Assembly (NCBI GenBank): GCA_964370805.1
Contig: CAYJKM010000002.1
Location: 1,599-65,598, forward strand
Source of the DNA: an uncultured Alphaproteobacteria bacterium
GTDB lineage: Bacteria > Electryoneota > RPQS01
DNA length: 64,000 nt
Direction: 5' to 3'
Every line of letters starts with the position of its first letter. The stretch's first letter is position 1. The translations under genes and the position numbers were made by a program. Positions 38,814 through 47,034 of this stretch are shown here, one piece after another. The notes under the pieces were generated by a model that saw only the letters and a program-made list of their open reading frames with translations, did no database searches and was not told where the DNA came from.

Positions 38814-40601
38814 ATGGCGAAGTTCAGCAAAAAGATGCCCGATCTTCTCGCCTCTGTGCCGGAATCGGTGCTAACCCCGGAGGCGCTGCCGGGCGCGCCG
38901 TCTTTCGAGGCGGAGCTGGATAAGCCCGCCGTCGATTTTCGGGCGGCCGTCGAGGCAATCTTTGAAGCGGCCCGCGCCGCACGCGACCCCGAGCAAGACA
39001 ACCGGCCGGTGCCGGCACCGGGTGCGGACGGCGGCATCGTCGTCGAAGCGGGGCCCGCCGGGGCAAAACCGGCCGCAGAGCAGGTGTTGGAAGAAGCCAA
39101 GCAACACATGGTCCGAAGCGAGTGGATGGAGGCGCTTGCTCTGCTGGCAAAGCTTCTGGCGACGGATCCACGGCACGGGGAAGCTCGCTATTTGCGAGCG
39201 TACTGTCAAGCCGCGTTGAACGAACCGAAGGAGGCGCTGCGCGAACTTGCATGGCTTGATGTGACGGCGGCAAGCAAAGCGCTTGCGGAACAGGCGATGG
39301 CTCTACGCGTGCACGTCCGCACGATCCTGCTGCTCGGCGCACTATACGAGTTGGTGATGTCCACTGATGCAGCCACCTCGAAGGGAATTCGCGAGTTAAA
39401 GCAACTTATCGAACTCGATCCGGAATGCGGACAATTCCACTTTTTGTTGTGCGCGCTTTATGTCAAAGAGAAGCGATTCAAGGAGGCATTGCGTGCGCTG
39501 GACGCTGCCGAGCAATTTGCCGATGCCGCCGCACACGAGGCCCTGGGACAAGCACGGCGCCAGATCCTCAGGCAGCACCTTGTCGAATTGTTGCAGCCGG
39601 CCGTGGAACAGTTCAAGCGGGAACGCTTTGCTGCCGCCCGGAAGGCTCTCGCGGCGGTGCCGGAATCGTATCGATCGCTTCCGCTGTTCGCTCGCTTTGA
39701 CCGCCACATCGCCACCTTCGAGCGTGGTCTGCTGGGCATCTTTCACCGCAAAGTCAGCAACTGGCGCCAGTCGGTGCCGGACTCCGGCCAGCGCGAGGAG
39801 TTGTATCAGCTCTTGGTCGGCACGGAGCTCGACCAAGCCAAGCAAGCCATTGCAGAGAAAAAATTCCCTGAGGCGGTCCAGAGCATGCGCAGTGCTCTGA
39901 CGTATGCGCCGGATTTCCCGCAGGCGCATTTTCTCTTAGCACTCGCGCTGCATAACGATTTGGGTCAACAGATTGGTACGCGTCGGCCGCCGCCGCCGAT
40001 TGAAACCGCGATTGCCGGTTTCGAGGAGGCTCTGCAGCATGCCCGACAAAGCACGACCGATGACCAAATCACGCTGGCGCGGCCGCTGGTTGATGCTATC
40101 GAAGACATTCTGGCCAAGCTTGGCGAGCAAAAGCTTGTCAACGATCTCCTGGCTTCCTTTCGCGAATTGGCGGAACGTCTTAAGCCCGGAATTCGGTCGG
40201 TGGAGGATCACCAATGGGCTTGCCGCAAGGTGAAAGAGCTGCGCGAGCGAATTCAGCGGGAATCGCCGCAGGTCCGGTCTGCCGATGCGGTGAAGAGCTT
40301 GAAGGAATTGGAAAAGGCCTGCGCGCACAGCGCATCGCAGCTTGAATCCATGAAGGGAGCCATCCGCGAAGCGGAGACGGTCAAAGCTCGCTATGAGGAG
40401 TTCAAGCAATGCATGGAAATCCTTAAAGCATTTCACGGACAATTGCCGCCCCAGGTTTTTTATCAGACCCGGCAGGATCTGCAGAACCTGCTCGAGAAAG
40501 TGAACAAAGATATCGCCCGCGCGGCGACGTCCGAAGCGCGGCGTGCTCTGCAGGAACTTCAGGCCGCGATCGCAACGACATTGTCTCATTTCGTCGGCTG
40601 A
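38814..40601 (+). CDS. TPR-like all-helical hypothetical protein
   Basis: 595 aa, Ala/Leu/Glu/Arg-rich helical repeats. It sits in the same operon between the membrane TPR protein and the TIR protein. Confidence 0.45.
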   Translation: MAKFSKKMPDLLASVPESVLTPEALPGAPSFEAELDKPAVDFRAAVEAIFEAARAARDPEQDNRPVPAPGADGGIVVEAGPAGAKPAAEQVLEEAKQHMVRSEWMEALALLAKLLATDPRHGEARYLRAYCQAALNEPKEALRELAWLDVTAASKALAEQAMALRVHVRTILLLGALYELVMSTDAATSKGIRELKQLIELDPECGQFHFLLCALYVKEKRFKEALRALDAAEQFADAAAHEALGQARRQILRQHLVELLQPAVEQFKRERFAAARKALAAVPESYRSLPLFARFDRHIATFERGLLGIFHRKVSNWRQSVPDSGQREELYQLLVGTELDQAKQAIAEKKFPEAVQSMRSALTYAPDFPQAHFLLALALHNDLGQQIGTRRPPPPIETAIAGFEEALQHARQSTTDDQITLARPLVDAIEDILAKLGEQKLVNDLLASFRELAERLKPGIRSVEDHQWACRKVKELRERIQRESPQVRSADAVKSLKELEKACAHSASQLESMKGAIREAETVKARYEEFKQCMEILKAFHGQLPPQVFYQTRQDLQNLLEKVNKDIARAATSEARRALQELQAAIATTLSHFVG

Positions 40602-40630
40602 GTCAGGAAACGCGTGGAGTAGATTGCCGG

Positions 40631-42364
40631 ATGGATCAGCAACCCGCCGCTTACGACATTTTTATCAGCTACGCTCACGAAGACGCAGATTGGGTGAAGT
40701 CAAATCTCTACGAGCCGCTGCTCCGCTGCCGCACGGCCGAGAACCGGCGGCCCCGGGTATTTTTTGATGAAGACGGCGTCCTGCACGGCCATAGTTTCGT
40801 GGACGTACTGGCAAGCGCAATTCAGCACAGCTGCAGAGTGGTGCCCGTCTACTCCAAAGCCTATTTTCAGAGCGCCATGACAGAGTGGGAGTTGAAGAAG
40901 TTCTTTCAACGCGCGCCAACGAACGCGGACGGCGTCATCTGTCCGCTGCTGATCGAAGAAGATGCCGAACGGCAGATCTGGTTCTTCATTGATCACATTC
41001 AATACCGCCGCGTGATGCTCCATCCGGACTGGTTTCAGAATCTTGCCGCCACACTCGATTTGAGAATTGATGACGCCGCGCGGACATCGCTGCGTTTTAT
41101 CGAGGAGCCCTCGCCCGCGACCGTCAACCTCACGATGCCGCCCGTAAAAGTGGCCGTGACCGGCGATGGCCAGACCATGGACTATAACGACGAGATCTGC
41201 CTGGTCTCGGAAAAGGGGACGCTCCAGGGGACGACGGCCCAGCGCGCGCAAAACGGTCATGCTACCTTTAGAGATTTGTCCTTTCGCGAACCGCTGCAGG
41301 CGACGCGATTGATTGCTTTCTCCAGCGGTCACGAGGCGGCAATGAGTCAACCGTTTGACGTGATCACACCGCAGGAAATCGCGAGCAATGCGCAGCCGGG
41401 AGTCCCGATTGCGGCTCACGGCCAAGCTTTCTTCTTCGAAAACGGCCAGGCGCTGGCGGTGTTGGAGCAGAGTCACATCTCGATCTGGGACATCGCGGGC
41501 AATCGGCTGGGCCGGAAGGAAATTCAGGGCCATCCGCGTTTCATTCGATTTTCCGAAAGCCTTGCTGCAGTCGCGACGTGGGAAGGACAGGTTTACGTGC
41601 TCAATGCCGATGGCAGATGCTCTGATTATGGCCCGGCAGGTAACCACGTGAGTTCGTCACTGCGCGTGCCGGGGAGCATGATCATCCGGAACGAAGCCGC
41701 ATTCGTCGGCTACTGGAACGGTGAGATCATTCGGTTTGAGTTGGAAGGTAAGCAAGAGAAGTGTTTCGCGCATGACGCGGGCGTACAAGCGATGGCCATG
41801 GACGGAGATGCTGTCTACGTGGCGGGCTTGGATGCTCAGCTCAGTGTCTATCGGGGTGCCATGCAAGTGTTCAGTGCCCCGCTGGACCCCGTACTCCTTT
41901 TCATCAAAGTCTGGGAAGCGTGCGTGCTCATTGTAGGGCGTGAAAGGGTTTTCCGCTATGCACCGTTCGGCGGGCAAATTCACACAGTGACGGCGCCTGT
42001 ATCTCCCATTACTCAGGTTATCGAGGATGGCGAGTTTCTGATGCTCATGAACCGCGAGGGCACGGGCGTACGTTACGACTCTCAATTGGCCGTACGCGGC
42101 CGCTTCGCGACGACTCCCGGGGCAAAGCCGGTTGCTGTTTCCCGCCGCCACGGTACCAATTGCGCAGTGTTCACCTATCCGGATGGAACGAATGCTCTGC
42201 TCATCGGGCGACGCATCGTCTATTGTCAGGCCGGCGGCACCCTTGCACTGGCTCCGGAGGCTCGATTGATTGCCGTCGGCGGTCAACACGGCATCCGCAT
42301 ACTTGATGGAAGTCACCTGGATGAGCTGATTCAGGGAGGAGTACGTGAGGCTGCCGCCGACTAA
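40631..42364 (+). CDS. TIR-domain protein fused to beta-rich (propeller-like) C-terminal region
   Basis: 577 aa. N-terminal YDIFISYAHEDADWV...VPVYSKAYFQSAMTEWELKKFF is a clear TIR signature including a conserved Glu. The remaining roughly 420 aa shows repeated beta-strand blade-like segments (ISIWDIAGNRL, VYVLNADGR, IIRFELEG, IRILDGS). Confidence 0.7.
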   Translation: MDQQPAAYDIFISYAHEDADWVKSNLYEPLLRCRTAENRRPRVFFDEDGVLHGHSFVDVLASAIQHSCRVVPVYSKAYFQSAMTEWELKKFFQRAPTNADGVICPLLIEEDAERQIWFFIDHIQYRRVMLHPDWFQNLAATLDLRIDDAARTSLRFIEEPSPATVNLTMPPVKVAVTGDGQTMDYNDEICLVSEKGTLQGTTAQRAQNGHATFRDLSFREPLQATRLIAFSSGHEAAMSQPFDVITPQEIASNAQPGVPIAAHGQAFFFENGQALAVLEQSHISIWDIAGNRLGRKEIQGHPRFIRFSESLAAVATWEGQVYVLNADGRCSDYGPAGNHVSSSLRVPGSMIIRNEAAFVGYWNGEIIRFELEGKQEKCFAHDAGVQAMAMDGDAVYVAGLDAQLSVYRGAMQVFSAPLDPVLLFIKVWEACVLIVGRERVFRYAPFGGQIHTVTAPVSPITQVIEDGEFLMLMNREGTGVRYDSQLAVRGRFATTPGAKPVAVSRRHGTNCAVFTYPDGTNALLIGRRIVYCQAGGTLALAPEARLIAVGGQHGIRILDGSHLDELIQGGVREAAAD

Positions 42365-45300
42365 GGACTCGACGCGACTATCCGAGCGAATCAAATGGCT
42401 GGACGCACGGTGTCGTACGGAAGACAAGACCGCAACCGATATCGAGGCGCTGGCCGAAGCGCATTTCCGTTTTGCGCTTTGTCCGGACACCACGCCGGCG
42501 GAAACCGTTCGTCGTCTTCGCCGCGCTATCCGGCTCGATTCGACCAATCCCAAATTCCCTTACCATCTCGCGCGTGTGTTGTTGAGTCACGGCAAGCTCA
42601 GCGTGGCCTCCAAATGGATCAGGCGTGCCGCAGACCTCTGTCCGACCAGCCATCGCATTTGGACGCACGTGTGTCTCTTACAGCTTGAGCTCAATTTCCA
42701 ATACTACGGAGATCGAAAGTACGAACCCGATGACCTCCGCCGACGGGCATCACGGATTTTTGAGGCCGTGCGAAACGGGGAGGACGCAATTGACCGCGAG
42801 CTTCTGACGTTTAAGCCCCCGGAGAGTCGGGCATATCGCGAAGAGCGTATGCACCGGACAGACCATCACGCTCCCGAGGAAAGCCGGGCAGCGGTCAGCG
42901 CGGAGACAGTCGCAGAGGTGCCGAACGATGCTGGACTGAAGGATAGCGCGAAGTTGCTTCGCACAACGGTCAACAGAATGCTTGATCCGAGGCGTTGTCG
43001 CTGGAGTGGTCTGTATGAACTTGAGATCGAGTCACATCTTGAAGCGGAGGCAAACCAGGCCTCCGCTCATAAGATGCTGCCCCTGCTGCAACAAGTGGCG
43101 GCACTGGCGACCGCCTCACCGCGCCGCGCTGCATCCTTTGCAATTCTTGCCGTACAGTGGCTCGTCTGTGGATATCCGGTGCGAACCATCCGGGAGCTTT
43201 GCCCGCCTGATCCCGACGGGGCATCCAATCCTGCCGCGGAGCTTCTTGATCTTGTCTGTCGAATTCGCGAAGCAAAGGACTCCGACGTCCTCGCGATGCT
43301 GGCTCAGGCCGCGCGGACCGAAATGTTGCCGCCATATCTGATTGCTGCCCTGCACCGGCGATACGTGCTGGGTAGGAGCCTCGAGTTCAAGCTCTATTCG
43401 AGTTATCGCCGCATGCAGCGACAACTCAGGGCCCTGTCTCAGATTCCAGCCGGTACCGCCATGCCGGATGCATTGAAGCGGGAGGCCGGTGCCAGTGTGA
43501 AACGCGTGGAGCATGCCATCGAGTCGCTGAATGTCTCATCCTTCAAGACACTGGACAGCGACGACATATTCGCCGTGACGGAAGCTCTTTCGCCGGAGGA
43601 AGCATGCCGTCAACTAAAACGCCTAACCGATACTGCGGAACGCCTGAAAACACAATCCGACCGGCTGTTTGAATCTGCAAAAGCAGACAGCTCGTGGACC
43701 GGGGCGCAACTCCGCACAGCTCATGATATCATCCCTTTGCTCACGCGGAAGGCAGGGGAGGGACTGAGCGAACTTGACAAGATACAGGAGGGTTTGCGGG
43801 CCCTCGAACTATTGGAATGCCGTGCGGAGATCAGCACGCAGATTCAGCAATGTCAAAGAGTCTTCAGAGAAGTCGCAATGACCGGAAGGCTGAGCAAGGC
43901 ACTGCGGCGAATTGAGAAAGATCTAAATCTTACGCCTCCACTCGGCGAAGGCGACGACGAGCTGGAACGGCTGGAGTCTCGGGCCCGGGACATAACTCAG
44001 CGAATCCACGGGCGTCTTGCGGCGGCGCAAGAAGCCTTGACCATCTACCCACAAGACGTGCAGGTTGCGCCCCCCATAAGAAGACTTCGCGCGCTGATTG
44101 AGCAACAAGCTGCGGAAGCCCAGTATCGTCTTGGGCATCTCGATGTCGCTCGGCGGCTATGGTTGGAGATTCTCCGAACCGATGCCACGCATGTGTCTAT
44201 ACTGCGGAATCTCGCCGTAAGTGACTCCTGCAGCATGGATACCGGGCGGAGTTCCGCGTCCTGGTCACGTTACGCGGAAGCGCTGTATTACCTCGACGTC
44301 GTGGCCGGCGATCCCGTGTTGCATGCTAAGGAACGCGTCGACCTTCACCGGCAGATTGCCCGCGCGTACGGATCAACCTTCCTCAACAGCAAGCGCGACC
44401 CACGTTGGATCGACAGCATCGATGAGCGGGATGTGATTGCCGGCTTCACAAACGTCGCGCGCATCCGAGCCTATGCCAATCACCGGCTGCTCGAAGCGTT
44501 CAATGCCAAGCTGCTTTTCCGTAGCCCGGTGCTCTCCCTGGGTGTGGGAAGGACCGAATCGGCAGATCAGTTCGATGCGGCAAACCAACAGCTCCACGCA
44601 TTCGCCGAAGCCTGCCGATCCATGTTTCCGCCCCGGACGCGTGATTCGTTCGTCAAGCTGTGCCAAGACCATTTCGACCGAGCGCGTGACTCATGTCGAA
44701 AGGTCGACAGTCTGACGCTCCAGGCCGACCCCGGTTATGACGGAGAAAAAGATCGGCAGAAGGAATGGCTCGGAGACGTGCTCGACTTACGATACCGGTT
44801 GAGCGTTATCGGATCGGTCTGCAAAACGCTGGTCGGAAGCAGTGCACTAATCGGGTTGATTGAATTGGCTTTCCGGCTGGAAGAGATTCCGCTGGGTCTC
44901 AGTCGAACGCTTCTTGACGAGGTGGCACGGACGTTCGCTCCGCAAAACCCAGATCAATTTGTCGCCAACCTGAACCGGACGAGAGAATCATTGGTTGTTA
45001 ATCTGGCCGCGTACCTGTTCCGCGAGGATCATGATGCCGCCGACAGGAAGCAGCGAGATGTCCAATATCTTCGCCTGATCAACCGCTGGATCCGCAATCC
45101 CGCTCTGGAGAAGTATCTGCCTTTCCTCGATGATCCGGTGCAATTCTACTCTGAAGATATATCTTTCTGCGTTCAGAACGGGGCACGGTTTGCTTCCATG
45201 TCGGATACGGAGCGAAAAAAGTTCGAGCATGGAATGTCGGAACTACAACGGTGGTGCGACCACTGGCCGCATATCACGGGCCCGGCCCGGCGGCTTGGTC

Positions 45301-45422
45301 CTCTGCTGGCGATGGCAAAGAAACCGACGGCAGCCGTCGCGGTGTTAAAGAACGCCGAACAAAACGGTTTCTATTCTGAGGGAGTGGCGGAGTGCCGGTC
45401 ATTCCGAAAGCGCATTCAGTGA
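42345..45422 (+). CDS. Large (1025 aa) all-helical hypothetical protein with N-terminal TPR/Sel1-like repeats
   Basis: The start overlaps the TIR gene by 20 nt. No catalytic motif recognised. Last gene of the first island operon. Confidence 0.45.
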   Translation: MRLPPTKDSTRLSERIKWLDARCRTEDKTATDIEALAEAHFRFALCPDTTPAETVRRLRRAIRLDSTNPKFPYHLARVLLSHGKLSVASKWIRRAADLCPTSHRIWTHVCLLQLELNFQYYGDRKYEPDDLRRRASRIFEAVRNGEDAIDRELLTFKPPESRAYREERMHRTDHHAPEESRAAVSAETVAEVPNDAGLKDSAKLLRTTVNRMLDPRRCRWSGLYELEIESHLEAEANQASAHKMLPLLQQVAALATASPRRAASFAILAVQWLVCGYPVRTIRELCPPDPDGASNPAAELLDLVCRIREAKDSDVLAMLAQAARTEMLPPYLIAALHRRYVLGRSLEFKLYSSYRRMQRQLRALSQIPAGTAMPDALKREAGASVKRVEHAIESLNVSSFKTLDSDDIFAVTEALSPEEACRQLKRLTDTAERLKTQSDRLFESAKADSSWTGAQLRTAHDIIPLLTRKAGEGLSELDKIQEGLRALELLECRAEISTQIQQCQRVFREVAMTGRLSKALRRIEKDLNLTPPLGEGDDELERLESRARDITQRIHGRLAAAQEALTIYPQDVQVAPPIRRLRALIEQQAAEAQYRLGHLDVARRLWLEILRTDATHVSILRNLAVSDSCSMDTGRSSASWSRYAEALYYLDVVAGDPVLHAKERVDLHRQIARAYGSTFLNSKRDPRWIDSIDERDVIAGFTNVARIRAYANHRLLEAFNAKLLFRSPVLSLGVGRTESADQFDAANQQLHAFAEACRSMFPPRTRDSFVKLCQDHFDRARDSCRKVDSLTLQADPGYDGEKDRQKEWLGDVLDLRYRLSVIGSVCKTLVGSSALIGLIELAFRLEEIPLGLSRTLLDEVARTFAPQNPDQFVANLNRTRESLVVNLAAYLFREDHDAADRKQRDVQYLRLINRWIRNPALEKYLPFLDDPVQFYSEDISFCVQNGARFASMSDTERKKFEHGMSELQRWCDHWPHITGPARRLGPLLAMAKKPTAAVAVLKNAEQNGFYSEGVAECRSFRKRIQ

Positions 45423-45637
45423 CCTTGATGAAGATCACACAGTCGATTGTTTGTGCGCTTTGCAGCGCTCGTGAAAGATGGGCAGGACATGAGATTTTCG
45501 ATCATGCCTTGCCATCCAGAAAGGCGTGATCAAAAGTGTGATGCGATCGTAGCAGCCCTGGAGCGATTCTCTCACACAGGCAAAATAACCGGTGTGTTCT
45601 GCAAGGCAGCTTCATCAGCTGCCCTATTCATTTACTG

Positions 45638-45901
45638 ATGTCCAGCCGGTGGGATCTTGGCGGAATCATGCTGAATCCAATGCCGCACGAGGTCCGCGAG
45701 GACGACCAGCTTGTTGACCTGACGTTGATGGAGTTTCGGATCCTGATGGCACTCGTCTTGCGACCGGGTCGGGTCTTCTCCCGCGAACAGACTCAGTTAG
45801 CTGAATCGAGGTCCTCACACCGACTCGCAGAAAAAGCCGATCCGCTGTCCAACGATAACATCCATATTTACAACATTTTTCGTATAATTCTTCGTGACTG
45901 A
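45638..45901 (+). pseudogene. Remnant of an OmpR/PhoB-type response-regulator DNA-binding (winged-helix) domain
   Basis: The 87-aa ORF contains LTLMEFRILMALVLRPGRVFSREQ, matching the trans_reg_C recognition helix region. There is no receiver domain. It sits in an AT-richer ORF-poor seam (45423-46533). Confidence 0.35.
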
Positions 45902-46533
45902 CTGCCCCGAGTGCCCCGAGTCGATTCTCGGCGGCTGACGGCAACCTTTGTTCAAATGCGTAGCGATGAGTAGCAGCCAATGAATTGTGGCCAGCCAATT
46001 AATCCGCGGCACGATAACTCTGACAAAATCCGTCATATTGTACTCGTTTGCGATCCTTCATTGACTTTCCTTTTCAAGTTGGTTAACTTCTAAGGAATGC
46101 TGTAATTCTCGAATTCTCCGTTCTGCAGATACTCTTTGACTTACGAAGTCTTTTCTCCGTGAAACACTACCAAAGAGCAGAACACGCCGCTGCAGCATCC
46201 ATATATTCTTGATTACATTGAAGTTATCAGTAGTTAGTCTGCTCTGAACGTCGCCGTTCGTTCCTTCACTGTCCGCAGAACCTGTCTTCCCTCCATGCAC
46301 TCCGACCCCCTGCCATCTCATTCGTCCGTAGATCTTATCACCCGTCTGCTGATCCGTTGGGTGCGATCTTATCAAGTTCTGCGCGCACCCTTTGGTCCGA
46401 GCAAGTGCAAGTTCCACCCGACGTGTTCCGAGTATATGCGCTTGTCCTTACTGCGTTATGGCTGGTGGAGAGGAACATGGAGGGGCTTGTGCCGCATCGC
46501 GCGTTGCCGGCCGGGGACGGTCAAAGGTGAGGA

Positions 46534-47034
46534 TTGGCCATGAGTTTCTGGCGAGAAACCGAGTTTGTCGGGCGCGTCGTTTCGGTGCCTGAGGTCTACG
46601 AGTTTCAGTCGCGCCCGCAGAGCGGACAAACCGGCAGCGTACGCCGCTTAATGTTTCGTCTGGAAGAACCTTCCGGCCGAGTTTGGGCCGTGCGTTACGA
46701 AGGACCCATTGAGGGCAGCCTGCAGCTTGGTGACTTGATCGCTGTGTTTGGTTACACCCGCGCCCACGGTACGATTCGCGCCACGCGAATCTTTCATGAC
46801 GGCGGCGCTCGACCCGTCCGTATCACCGGCATGAGCCGGATGTGCCTTTTGGCGCTGGTTTGCACGCGCTGCCCGGGACTATTGCTGCCGTTCTACGCAG
46901 TGCGAGATTCACTGCTCTCCCGTAGTCACGTCGGACGATACGTCATCTCCCGCTACTATCAAATCAGTCAAACCCTCTGCCTGCTCTGGTTGGATCTTGC
47001 TATAGACCCGCACACAGATGGCACGCGAGCCTGA
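46534..47034 (+). CDS. Hypothetical protein (166 aa)
   Basis: First ORF after the AT-rich seam and overlaps the next gene's start. Hydrophobic C-terminal segment. No motif recognised. Confidence 0.3.
   Translation: MAMSFWRETEFVGRVVSVPEVYEFQSRPQSGQTGSVRRLMFRLEEPSGRVWAVRYEGPIEGSLQLGDLIAVFGYTRAHGTIRATRIFHDGGARPVRITGMSRMCLLALVCTRCPGLLLPFYAVRDSLLSRSHVGRYVISRYYQISQTLCLLWLDLAIDPHTDGTRA

Noticed and set aside
45447-45638. 63-aa ORF (MFVRFAALVKDGQDMRF...) as a possible receiver-domain remnant upstream of the winged-helix fragment
   Set aside because: No D-D-T/K receiver signature is present. The sequence looks like random translation of a non-coding seam.
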